64,000 bases of DNA from Phyllosticta citribraziliensis (taxonomy: Eukaryota). The notes under the pieces are model-generated. The model had not been told where the DNA came from. It saw only the letters and a program-made list of their open reading frames with translations, and did no database searches. Shown piece by piece: positions 10,817 through 22,503 of this stretch; the stretch's first letter is position 1; the number at the start of each line of letters is the position of its first letter. The stretch covers positions 124,001 to 188,000 of the forward strand of contig NW_027117348.1 of assembly GCF_038025025.1 (NCBI RefSeq), given 5' to 3'. A program made the position numbers and the translations under genes.

Positions 10817-10987
10817 TGGGTGGTGGAGCGGGGACACAAAAACACACCTGACGACAGTTTCGACCAGCAGAGAGGAGCTGGGTGATCGATGGCGATCGCA
10901 GGTTGCAGAGGCGTCGAGGTGTGGTCTGTAAACGTTGTCAGCGCGGGCTTTGAGAATCAAAAGCAAATCGGGCGGTTGATTCAGGGA

Positions 10988-11098
10988 TCAGCTTTCAGCG
11001 CTTCGGTCGTCATGTATCCGCCGGGGCTTGTTGCAATGTGCAATGAGACAGACCACAGCGACGGAAGCGTACTTCGGACAAGTGTAGTGTGTCATCAT
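10988..11098 (-). ncRNA. Intronic box C/D snoRNA-like unit 22 (long form, candidate U2 snRNA guide)
   Basis: Box C ATGATGA, D' CCGA 11077-11074, three candidate D boxes (10981/10988/10995); intron 11133-10926. Confidence 0.75.
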
Positions 11099-11269
11099 GT
11101 GGGAAAGAGGGGCGAGGGAGGGCGGGGACTCACCCCGGGAAGACGCCATTCGGGGCGACGGGACATCGGCTTGGCCTGAACTCTTTTGGAATCTGGAAGG
11201 CGCATTAGCAGGATGGCTTGCTGGAATAGATGGGAAGTGTATTGGGAAGTGTATGGAGAGGGTGAGATG

Positions 11270-11422
11270 TCAGAATGCTTGCCCTTGCTGCATGTTCCGT
11301 TCTCGCCGGCCTAAAGGCTGCGCGCCCGGTTCGTGGTGAGGGAGTGAACCAGAGCGAGCACAGTCCCATGGAGCCCAGACAAGGGATTAAATGACGAAGT
11401 GTTGTGGTAGAGGGCTCACCAG
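11270..11422 (-). ncRNA. Intronic box C/D snoRNA-like unit 23 (long, degenerate box C)
   Basis: Box D CTGA 11273-11270, possible box C CTGGTGA; intron 11470-11193. Confidence 0.5.
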
Positions 11423-13639
11423 GGAAGGGAAGGTTGTCTGGTTGGAGGAGGAGGAATGGGCAAAGCTTACAGAACAAGATATCCGGACGACTATTGTGCG
11501 GCGGGGCGCCAACCCTGACGCCGAGAGTCAGTAATGGGTCTTCCTTGGGATATGAGGAGACTTACATGAGACCTGGAGCGATCAAGTACCTTCAAGGTAG
11601 CAAGACTGCTGGGTTGGAGGGGTAGGGCGGTGTCGGAGATCCAGCCCCGCGAGCGAGGGTGGCAGCCAACGCCCGAGGAGCCTGTTTTGCAATCCTTCAG
11701 CGAGTATTCAACGTCCATTGCTTGGGGATGAGAGGAGGGAAGGACGCCAGACAGTCTGGTCGCAATGGACCCTCGACGCTTGAAGCTCAGCGTCTCGCCG
11801 GCGACCCAACTGGGTGAACGGCGAGCGTGCCGGCGTAGAGCGCAGAGCGCCAGGGGGATTGGCGTGGAGAGGAGAAGGGGAGGATGCTGCAGAACGTACC
11901 TGGAGGATGCAACAACGAGATGCCTTTGAAGAAGAGGCGATGGGCAGAAGGGTGATGGGATGGCGATGATGGAGGAGAGAGGGTGTGGTGGAGGTAAACA
12001 AAGCCAAAATGCCGGATGTGCGTGGCCCGAGCGCCCGGAGGCGATGGATTGGGACACCGCCGGGGCAGAAAACAATGCACTGAGAGGTGAATGCTGCTTG
12101 GTATGTCTATGGCTCGTCATCATGCTCTTGTGCCTGGCTGAGGTCTCTTCCTGTTTGACTTCCCCATTCCTCACTCTGCTTCAGTTCAGCGCAGCAATGC
12201 TCCCTCTTGATTCAAAAGGTAGAGTATCAGCTTGGAGCCCAAAACTTGAGGACCTGAATCTGGCTGACCCAAACTCGCAGAAGATACGGCCAAAGCTGCT
12301 CCTCTTCCATCCCGTGTCCCTCTGCTCCTCGTCTCGCTGCTCCGGCATCAAGATCCCAGCAATCCCCCTACCGGAAGCCGGAGAGTTCGCCTCAATATCC
12401 AGCCACGCGCCAGGAACCTTGTCATCCCTACAGACCCTCGGAGAAGCCATCAGGTGCCAGAAAGAACAAAGGGTCTCTATCCCGCAGGACGGAGACGACT
12501 TCGCGGCGCGACAGGCGATTACAAACAAGGGGCGAGCTCGAAAAGACTTCAGTCTCGGCATACCACAGCACCAAGAGCACCAGCGTGATGGAAGGCCTCA
12601 GGACAATCCAATTCCTTTCGCGAGGCCCGCGTCTCTTCGTCTTCCGCTGAAGCTAGCATCAGGCTTCAAAACAAAGGCGGGCATGCCAGCAAGGGCACGC
12701 CAGGCCCCATCTCACCAAGATCCATCCCGGGATATGTACGACCATAGAGCGTCGAGAAAGACGATGCCAGCAACGCAACAAAGATCAGACACACCCACTG
12801 CAGCCTCCGTCCCCCGTCCTGGAAATCCCGCAATACAGCAGCGCACCGCAGAGCCAAAGTCGCCTCAACACCAGACCCAGCACCCCGAAGCCCTCTCTGT
12901 CCACCGAAGCAAGCACAGCAGCACTACAACAACACCTCAAAGATACGCTGACATCCACAGCCCAGCCGTTGCCGGCCAGGGACGACGGGCGCACGTCCAA
13001 CCTGCCGCTGTCGGTTAGGCGATCTGCAGCGTGCAGGGATGCGCTGCCCCTTGCTTCGCGGAACTGCCGCGTCGACACGGCTGGGCTGGCGAGTGGTCGC
13101 TCCATCATTCGTCGAGCTGGGGATGACGCGGATAATGGATAAGAGACGTGAGGGCTTCCAGGGGCTGGGAGGGCTGCGGTGGTCTGGTCCCCCGTTTGGA
13201 GAGGGGACAGGGATGCGGAGGCGGCCCGATTTGCTGCAGCGGAAGGTTGCGCCGCGTGAGGGGGATTGGGATACTTCTGAAGCAAGCCTATTTTCCTAGA
13301 AGGTAAGGGAAAGATGGGGGATCTATATTGTGCTGCTGCAGCGTTCTCCGGAGTCGTTGCGACAACATGCGGCATTGCGTGGTGTCCGAATCGCTGCGTC
13401 TGCGGCCAGCGTAGAGACAAAAGCAGGGAAAGGAGCAAGGGCAGTTGTTCGCGGGATGGGAGGACACGGGCGAAGAGGAGAGCCGAGAACGATGTATTTT
13501 CGTGTCGTAGAGACGCAGACATCGCTGCAAGAAATATCGCGCAAGTAGAAGAAGACGGGATGACATATTTAACGACGCTGTCAAGCTTCACAAGTCCCAC
13601 ATACATATTCAATTATCCCGGAAATATATTCAAACGAAC

Positions 13640-15760
13640 GCTCAAAACTGTCTGCTCTTCCAACGACTGCTTCTCATCCGATCCATCAAGCCACCGCCAC
13701 GTCCGCGAACGAACAAGACGGCCGCGACACATTCAGAGTTCGGTGGACACCCGACTTTTACTTCTTTCACGGCTTCTCGCCGATATTTTCATACGAGCTT
13801 CTCGCAACCCCACAAAAGCAGTCGTCACCCGCGTCATAGACTCTACGGGAGCCCAATTTCGCAATCTGACGGCAGAGCCGCGACGGTAGGAGGCAGGAGT
13901 GATTGGTCTTGGCCTGGATCTACTTGCAGCCAGCCATTGGAGGGCTGGATGCAGGCGTAGAGGGGGCCGTGGACGACAGATTCACGTATGCTTGGCTTGG
14001 AGAATGATGGTAGATTGATACTTGGCTACGGAATGTATTGTCTGCCCTTTCGACGACTGCGTGCTGCGTTCAACCACCGCCACGTCCGCAGACGCGACAG
14101 TGAGTCTCGTTACGGTTTATTTGATGATTTGCACACGGGAAGCGAGCCTCCCTTCCTTTTCCCCACTAAAGCCGCAGTCGTCGTCCACGTCGCTGACTCC
14201 ATTGGTGCCCGGTTTTGCAATCTGTCGGCGGAGGCGCGGCGCTGGGGGGCTTGTTGATCTTGGCTGCAAACCGCTTGCTGTCTGCCATTGAAGGGCGCGA
14301 CGCAAGGTGTGAAAGCCGTGCGTGGTAGATTTGTGGTAGATGGGGTCAACAGAAAAATGTTCTAGATGAGACGGGAATTGGAAGTGCTGGAATTGATTTG
14401 CTGAGATGTACCCGTGCCGTTAATGACAGCGTAGCACCTGGAGCGCCCAGAGACGGGACAGGGCTGCGCTGTGAAGGGGAGTCGACGAAGGAGAACAAAG
14501 CCAAAGGCTTGCGTCACTCATCCCTTCATCTTTCGGTCTTGTAGGTCGAAAGCATCTCGGCTTCTCGCAGAGCCTATGCGGCCCGATTTTGCAATCCGTC
14601 GGCAGGCGAGCCTGTGAGAAGTCGAGATGAAATTTGCCGGGCAAGTCAATGTAGGCCGCTGCGCATTTATAGCCAGCGTAGGAGAGATGCGCTGCAGACG
14701 TGAAGGAGGCCGTTGGGCGAACACTAGTTGACGTCGGCAAAGTAAGCGAAGATATAATCCGAATGACAGGTTAATTTGTTGGCTACATGTTTGCCCATGC
14801 TTGTTGTAATTAAAACCTGGAGGCACCTACCGAGTCCGAGGACAGAGTAGGGCTGCAGTGTGGTCGGGGCGTCATGATGCGATGTGGATGTTGAGTTCTT
14901 CCCCTTTTCACTTCTAGCTTCCGTGGGCCAGAAGCGTCTCCACCTCCCACAGGACCTACGGATGCCCGGTTTTGCAACCCGTCGACAGGCCGTATGAGAG
15001 GTATCGAATAATCGCTGGGCATGTTGTTGTTGGCCTCAGGGACGCTTCCGGTCAGCCATCGAAAGGCGTGATCGAAGGAGCAAGGAGGCCGTCGAGACAC
15101 AAAACGCTGTCACAGCATTAACGGAGAAGTAGGATCAAAAAGTGTAGTTTTTAATGGCTGAATATCTGCCCAAGCCGTGAGTAGAGCTCCAAAACGCCTG
15201 TCGAATCCGGGGACTGGGCAGGGCTAGGCTCGAGAGATACCCGTTGCTAGGTGAAATTATGAGTGTTCAACAGAGCAGTTCGTTACAAATCGCTCTGATG
15301 AAATGCATCGCCACCTCTCACAAGACCCAAAGGCGCCCGATTTTGCAATCTGTCGGCGGGACAATGAGAGGTCGCAACTCCTTGGGCGGGCATGTTAATC
15401 TTGGCCTGGAAGCAACCGAGTCGACCATGGATATCGGACAACCCCGGAAATGCTCTGCGCCGTGAGTAGCTACCAGAAATGTCAGAAATGAAGTATGATT
15501 GTGACCCCGAAGGTGTCTTTTGCCGATTTGCACGTCGCAACCCCTCGTGAGAGGGGTTGAGGAACCGCTGCTCTTGGTCTAAACGACCAAGGATTTACGG
15601 CACCGTTCAATCCACGGAAGCCCGATTTTGCAATCTGTCGGCTGAATCAACGGCGCGAGTAGATTTTGTTTCATTTCTTTCAATGTTGGCCCGGGGAAGT
15701 CGCGTCAAGCCAATGGATGCTGGTTTGACCACGGTACGGAGGCCAAGAGAAAGTGTAGGT
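13640..15760. repeat. Diverged tandem array of six ~290-380 bp units sharing a 23-nt core GCCCGATTTTGCAATCTGTCGGC
   Basis: Core copies at 13851, 14207, 14581, 14964, 15335, 15620. A secondary TTGGC(C)-type motif lies ~30-60 nt downstream. Units 1 and 2 also share TGTCTGC..CGACTGC..CCACCGCCACGTCCGC. Confidence 0.8.
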
Positions 15761-17359
15761 GTTGGGATCGCGGTGGAACATACGATCGCTTGTATTGGAA
15801 GTCGTGGAGATACCTTTGCGTCAGCCTGGACGGCTGCAGGCGAGGATTGTTGTCGTTCTGGATGTCTCGACGGCGGCAGCCTGCGCGCGAAAGGAAAGGC
15901 GGGGGATCAGAGATGCAGTACTTGAGGAACCTGGAAGAAGAGTCAGAAAAGGCAAAGTTGGAGGTGTTGGGGAGATCAACCGTGGTTGGATCCATGTTTT
16001 ACGTAATGCGACGAATGCCCTCGTGCCCGTCTGCGTGACAGCCGTCGCTTGCGCGTTCAGGGGATCAGGTTGCCCTGCTCAACGACACGACGATGGCTGT
16101 ACAGTCCCAAGTTTCTGCGAGATTGGTTTCGTTGGAGCCTCATCGACTGAAGAAAGAAAAGCGCTCCTGTGATGGTGAGGCCAAGACGCGGCAAAGAGAT
16201 GAGGGAGCCGGCGTTGAGAGAGCAGAGCGAGCGTCTGGGCATGGATGGAGTCAACAAAAGGACGCAAAACAACCTTAGAGACAAGTGTGAAAGTAGAATC
16301 GAGGAAATGAGTTGACAAGGTGTTTGTGGGCGGAGGTGCAGCGAAAGGAAGCTCAACACAGCGCCCATCACGCAGCCAAACAACCCATCTGGGTCTAGCG
16401 CATCGCGTCGGACCGAAATGATCCGACAACACCATTGATTCTCCGCCCCATTTTCCTTTGCTGTATAGATTGAATGTGAGAGCAATTTATTCTGTCAAGA
16501 GTGACTCCTGGATACTCCGGAGGGCATGAGGGCGACAAATACGAGGGACTGCTGGAGCAGCGGCTGCTGGATACGCCTCTGTCACTACTTGCGGCGTCGC
16601 CCTTCTCGCACTTTTGAGCGCTGACGCGAATGCACCTTTGAGATAATATTTCTCATCGATTGGCTTGCCTTGTGCGGGTCCATGGGGATGGAGAAGAAAT
16701 TCTGTTTGCCAGGGTCACAGCGCCGGAACGCTCTGCAGTTTCTTGCCTTCGAAATATTCCCACGCCGTCCATGGTGTTGAGACTACGTCACTTGGCTGCA
16801 GATGAAGCAATCTGACTCCGTTGGGAGCCGAGAACTTGCTGCAGCTTCTTTTTCTTTTGCAGTCACTGCGGTCTAAATTGCAAATGTATCCCTCAGCCCC
16901 TTGACTTTGGCCGCTGTTGGTCGAGAGCATTGTTTGCGTTCATCAACATAGTGAAAAGAATCCGATTTTGCTACACGCTTCCCAGAACGAGTTGCGAGAC
17001 ACCATGATACATAGGTGGAACATGAACACCACGAAGTCACAGGAGCAAAAGGTAAAGGCATCAAAATCGCATTAAACAAAGCATCAAGATAGACATGTTT
17101 GCAGCATTCTCAAGCCGAATCAGGCAGAAGCCCAGCCAGCTGGTGAGTACAGCAGCAATTTGGTCGGTTACTTGCATTGGCTTTGCAGGTAGCAGATTTC
17201 AAGCATAACAGCTGTAGCAGGAATGAAACATTTCACGAGAACACAAGAAAGGCAATCAAGTACGAGCAGCAACATTCGATTGATTTAGCAGCTCTACTCG
17301 CGCCAGCGGCGCCCACACGAAACCCACAGCCTTCAAACCAGACCTCCCGGGCGTACCGC

Positions 17360-17599
17360 TCACTGGTGGCCACCCTGTGCGGCGCTCTGCGCGGCTTGCT
17401 GCTGCTTGATGTTGTAGTTCTCGAGGACATCGAACCAGAAGACGCGGTCGGTATCGTCGCGCTGGACGTACGACTTCAGCTCCGTTTTCTTGTCTTTGCG
17501 GCTCTTGTAGCAGTGCTTGCACAGCGCAACGACGGCGAAGAGCGTCGTCAGGCCCAGCATCAGGACGATGAAGGCGATGAGGAGCGTGGTGTTGTCCAT
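17360..17599 (-). CDS. Small single-pass membrane protein (79 aa)
   Basis: ATG-started ORF with GC3-rich codons; N-terminal hydrophobic helix followed by a Cys/basic stop-transfer segment; probable 5'UTR intron at ~17723-17771. Confidence 0.7.
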   Translation of the reverse strand: MDNTTLLIAFIVLMLGLTTLFAVVALCKHCYKSRKDKKTELKSYVQRDDTDRVFWFDVLENYNIKQQQAAQSAAQGGHQ

Positions 17600-18246
17600 G
17601 GTGCTGTGTGTGTGGTGTTAGTGCGCTGTGAAGATGAGAGGACGCGCTGGGCTTATGTTGATGTGGGATTGTGAGGTTGCGGTGAGGTGATGGTTTGTAG
17701 GGAGGAGAGGATGCGAATATTGCTACGTCAGGTAAGCTGAGTGCAGGAAAGAGACGGCGCAGGAGGTGTACCTGTGGTGGAGCGCGTCAGGGTGGTTGGT
17801 GTTTGGGAGCGGTCGCGCGTGGATCGGCGACAAAGGCTTGGGCATCTCGCAGGCGTCAAGCGAGAATGAACGCGTCCGCACCAGCGCAGTTCTTTAACGC
17901 GTTCTACAGGTATCCCATCAAGTTGAGCGCGATTGAATCCTCTCTTTGTACCAGTCCGAGTGAAGCACGGCTGAATGCTCCCTAACCATGCTGGCGCCCC
18001 TGGCGATGATGGCGACGAATGCTTCACCTGCGGATGCTCAATACATGTGGATGACGATGACGAATGCTTCAAGCGCGCATGCTCCTCGAAATCAAACAAT
18101 ATCACATCCAAAGCGCAGCAAGATAGAGAGCCAGGACATCCATTGCTTTAGCTCTACGTGCAGGCCAGCCTTCTGCTCCCATGTCCCTGCCCACAGGACC
18201 ACCCATGGCTCGCCTCACAGTCCCGGCAGGTCCAAAAGCATGCTCC

Positions 18247-18378
18247 CTAGACATCGATGTCTCTCGACTCGATCCTGTTCTTCCAAATGGTGTCGTAGAA
18301 TAGCTTGGCCATGGCGCCGATGCTCGTCGCGACAGCCAGACCGAAGAAGACGCAGGCGACGATGCCGACAGCACCCAT
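18247..18378 (-). CDS. Small single-pass membrane peptide (43 aa, MGAVGIVACVFFGLAVATSIGAMAKLFYDTIWKNRIESRDIDV)
   Basis: Read by eye (below ORF-track cutoff); hydrophobic N-terminal half; upstream intron-like signals. Confidence 0.5.
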   Translation of the reverse strand: MGAVGIVACVFFGLAVATSIGAMAKLFYDTIWKNRIESRDIDV

Positions 18379-19512
18379 TTGGACAGCTTACTGGACGTCA
18401 GCTACGCACTCCGGTACGGAGAGAACTCTGGCCTACTTGTTGGAGAGCTAGGGCGGTGGTGGGAGAGGAGGGCGAGGATGGCGACGGGGCGCTTGTTGCG
18501 TTGGAAGAGGAAGACGCGGTGTCTGGCGGGAAGTCAGCCGCTGGAGAAACAAGGACGAAAGGACGGCACTAGTACCGTGAGTTGATGAAGGGTTGGAGAA
18601 GCGAGAGTTGAAGCTGGTGGAGGAGTGCAATTTGGAGATGCCTGGGCTGGGTAGAAACTTTCGAGGACCAGAATTTCGACGTGCTTCAGTCCGACCGAGC
18701 CGCAGCCTGTCGCAGCGCCGCCGGCGAAGACCCATTGTTAAGACAACATACTGAAAGCAAGCCCCCTGCCGGCCGAAAGTTCTACCAAGCTCTTGTCCCT
18801 CACAAGTACTGGTCTTCGAGATGTACACTGGCGTAGCAGACTGCTCTGACAGCTCCTTTATCTCAAATCTCGCAAAACACTGTCCCATTTGCTCGATTCT
18901 CGCAATCCATCTCCAAATATAACACATTCGCCTGCTGCTTTGCCACAGGACCAGGTAGCGAAGCCGGTATATAGAAGACTGAACAACGCAGCATAGCAGA
19001 TCTTTCTAGCTTCATAGCGTGGCATCCCCATTGTCTTCGCGGACCATGTACTTCTAAAACACAAGAAGGGAGCTGCTACTGGATCAGAGCCCTTGCTACT
19101 GCCAGACGAAAATTTAGTCGAATCATGGCGGAAGCCGTGCAAATGGTACAGGAGAAGCTGAAGGCACTGCGGTTGTTTCGGACCGGCGAAGAAACGAAGA
19201 CCTTCCGGGAAAGCGATTGCGTTGACGAAGCGGTCGGGAAACCGTGTCAAGGGCGCCTACTTGGGATAGCGAATAGCAGTTGAAGAAGGCCCTAGGGAAA
19301 GGCATTCAAATGGGGGGCACAAGGACCTGAAGAAGAGGGCAGCAGGAGGCTTTTCAACAAAGCTGAATGGAATCGATGGTGGAGAGAGAAGCATCAATGA
19401 TTTGTTCAAATACAATGTCCTTGTTCAACGCCAGTTCCCCGAAAACCGTACCGCCCAATATCCCCAGGCAAACAACGCCTTGCAACTATCCCCAAAATCC
19501 TGGCTTTGTGAC

Positions 19513-20183
19513 CTACGCCTCCTCGGCGTCGACCGGCTTTCCGAACTCGAGGTGGACGGCGCGGAACTTGACCTCCACCTCCGGCTTGAACGACCCATTG
19601 ATCAGGTCGTCGAGAAGATGCTCGAACTCGTCCTGGTAGCCCTGGCGCGTCTGCTCCTTCTTGTCGGTCGGGAACAGCGGGAAGAAGAAGATGTTCGAGT
19701 CGCTGGTCTGGGGACGCCGTTAGAGCGATGGCGGCGCACGTCGGGCTTTGGGGGCTTACATTCTTGATCGAAGCGAAGTCTGGCATCTCCGCTGCCGGAA
19801 ACTCCTCCGTGTCGGCGGGGAACTTGGGGAAGCAGTAGAAGTCCAAGACTCGTGGCTCGGGGGTCTGGGGATTGTCAGTGATACGCGTCTGGAGGTCAGT
19901 CTTTAAGGGTACTCGCCTTGTCCGTCTCCATGTTCATCTCGTTCTCCATTGTGGGCGTCTCGCTCTTGGTCGTAGGTGCCTCGCTCTTCATAGTAGGCGC
20001 CTTGGTATCCTCCGTAGACGGCTCCTTCAAGCCGTGGTACAAGACAGGGAAGAGCTGGATGTCGGTCGAGTTTGGGACGCTGGCCTGTGATGTCGTCAGT
20101 GGACTGCCGCCGGGGTGGTTTTTTTTGGACCTCAAACCATGAAGACCGTGATAATCTCTTTGGTGTTCTCCATGGTGGACATG
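19513..20183 (-). CDS. Hypothetical protein, 4 exons
   Basis: MSTMENTKEIITVFM/ASVPNSTDIQLFPVL..METDK/TRITDNP..FASIKN/TSDSNIFFFPLFP..DAEEA*; introns with branch sites keep frame; recurring F-P motif. Confidence 0.55.
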
Positions 20184-20716
20184 ATGCTGTTTGGAAAGTC
20201 GGTTTGAATCTTGAGCGGAAGGGTCAGCGGGCGACCGAAGATGATTCTGCTTTGGAGCAGGACCAGTGGGCGGAACCGACTTGAGGATAAAGGTTTTGAG
20301 AATGTGAAATGAATTGATTTCGAAGGATGTATTAGAGGTTGCGGGTTGAGCGATCAATGCGAAGAGTTTGGAGGGAAGATTTGTTTGGTTGCGATGATCC
20401 TGCATCCGCCGACGCGACGTGCACCACGCCGTGGAGTCCATCAAGCGCACGTGCCCAGCAACCAGAGGCTCAAGACGTCCAAAAGCACGGATTGACAGAT
20501 GCAGTGTTAAATCTGAGCACTTTGGCTATCTTCGAATATTCTACTGTCAGCGCGATCCCGCGAGATAGTGGTCAAAGGAGAAACATGATTCCAGTAGAAT
20601 AGTAGGCGCTTTATCAAATCCCAATTCCTGCACGATGAACCTCAACTCAAGCCCTTTAAGCCTGAGTTTTTTGAGCCTTGGTGTTTTGTATTAGCGTCCA
20701 TCAAACACCTGCCCCA

Positions 20717-21039
20717 TCAACAGAGCTCCATGGCCTCGCCGTCGTCCATGTTCTTCCTGCGAAGAGCCGCTTCCTCGCAGAGCCTGGCCACCACAGCGCG
20801 ATACTTTGCCAGCTCCTCCTGTTCCTCCACGCTTGACGGGCTGGCCATCTCGAGCTTGGCCAGGAGCTGCTCGATCTCGGCAACTTCCTTGTCGATCGGG
20901 CAGATGGGTACCAGGTTGATCTTGGACCAGTGATCGCGTGCCTGAGAACGCAGTTAGCTACCAGGCTGGAGATCATCTGGGTGTTTCTTACCGTTGCTGC
21001 GGCGTTGGAGACGCTCTCAGTGCTCGAGCTGGAAGACAT
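20717..21039 (-). CDS. Hypothetical small helical protein, 2 exons
   Basis: MSSSSSTESVSNAAAT + intron GTAAGA..GCTAAC..CTCAG + ARDHWSKINLVPICPIDKEVAEIEQLLAKLE..MELC*. Confidence 0.65.
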
Positions 21040-21633
21040 TGCGATCGGGCTGCTGGTTGGTTTGACTACGGACCTTGGATGTTGACTAGCAATGTTAGCG
21101 ACTTGACCGTCGACGTTCCGTCTCAAAAGGATGACAATTACTTGATGCGTACCAGAGGCGAGGCGATCTCTTCGAGGGGAATCCAGAAGTAACAGTCCAA
21201 GGGCTGCTTGTTTGGACTTGACAGGAAGCGTCAGCAACTTGGCAGTTGATTGTTTGTCTCGAAGAAGAAGGATTGCGGGAGACTTACTCGTGAAGGGATG
21301 CTCTTATAGATGAGACAGGTCAATATTCGAACACTAGCGAAGAATTAATTGACGCAGAGACTTGCTGTTGAGAGTTTTGAGATGTGGTTGTTGGGGAGTG
21401 GTGGTCGAAAGCAAAATATACCACATGCCAAGACTTGCTTGAGCCACCATTCAACCACGGGCGCAAAACAACGTCAATTTCACTGTCAAAATATATCGGG
21501 AGAAGATTGAAAGCGTGGAGGGGGGATGCAATGATTCATTTGTGTAGAAAAGGCAAAGTAAGTCCAGAGTCCCCCCTTGTGGCCCCCGCCCACACCTGGG
21601 ACCATGCCGCCCTGAAGATTTTCCCGCCGTGCT

Positions 21634-21981
21634 CTAGAGCTTCGAAGCGCAATTCGGCTTGCCAGGGTTGCTCCAGAGTCGAGCGACCAAGGCCTGGTGC
21701 CGCTGTCGCTCGTCAATCGCCTTGAACATCCGATAATACTTCCTCGTTCGGCGCCAGGCCTCCTCTTCGATCCTCTTCCGCTCTTTCTCCACAAATGCTG
21801 CGAGCATCTGTTTCAGTATCAGTTAGATTCACGTTTCAATCGCGTCGACAGATGTGCTCACCTTGGGGTCTGCGAGGATCTGTGTTGGTGTTAGTCATGT
21901 CCATGCGGGATTCGCGTTGACAGAGATGCTCACCTTAGGGTCAATGACCGGAAAGCCGTTCTTGTTCATGTTGGGAGACAT
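21634..21981 (-). CDS. Hypothetical small basic protein, 3 exons including an 18-nt micro-exon
   Basis: MSPNMNKNGFPVIDPK/ILADPK/MLAAFVEKERKRIEEEAWRR..CASKL*; two GTGAGC..CTAAC..CAG introns. Confidence 0.65.
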
Positions 21982-22503
21982 TGTGGTCTGGGTATGAGCT
22001 TGGCTGGAAGTGTCAGAGGCGTGTCTGGGGCTCAAGCTCCTGCAGGAAACATACTTGCGGAGGAAATCTTTTCGATGACTGGGAAGCTTGATTGCGGAAG
22101 CTTAGAGTGGGAAAAGAAAGTCATATACGGTTAGAGAGAGAGTTGCAAAGAGTAGGCTTGCTTGGCGGTGGTGCTACTGTCGCTGTAGGCTAAAGATGCA
22201 GCCTCGGGACACATCCAAAACACGTGCTACTACTTCTGCGTGTTACTTGGAAGATGGAAAAGCTCAGAAAGAACAAGGGCAGATTTTCAAAGGCTTCTGT
22301 AGTATACAATGTTACGAAATTCAACAAAGCACCGCTCAGAGCCAATGTGGGTAAAATTCAACAGGAGCCACCAAAAAAACATGCCATTCATTGCATTCCA
22401 GGCTGGCATGAACGGCCAATCTATCTTTCGCCCCGACTCATCTTCGCGTGAGCCGTTATGCGGATGGAATGCCCGCAGCCCCTACTCCTGTACTGCCCAT
22501 GAC

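Larger units (their letters stand above)
6457..11565 (-). ncRNA. Putative non-coding snoRNA host gene: 24 introns, 23 containing a box C/D snoRNA-like RNA
   Basis: Repeating ~200-bp unit on the minus strand: 5'ss (mostly GTAAGT/GTGAGT), ~25-45 nt, box C RTGATGA, D'/C', box D CTGA, ~50 nt, branch (GCTGAC/GCTAAC/ACTGAC), YAG. Exons are ~19-100 nt and poorly conserved. The short intron 11515-11565 has no snoRNA. Confidence 0.85.

Noticed and set aside
6457..11565. CRISPR-like or satellite interpretation of the 200-bp periodic region
   Set aside because: Eukaryotic context with no cas genes; the conserved elements are splice signals and C/D boxes, not identical direct repeats.
11960..13018. 352-aa plus-strand ORF
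   Set aside because: No domain and weak codon bias; cannot be excluded but not supportable from sequence alone.
13851..15642. tRNA-Cys-like reading of the TTGCAAA core
   Set aside because: No A-box, B-box or acceptor stem around any copy.
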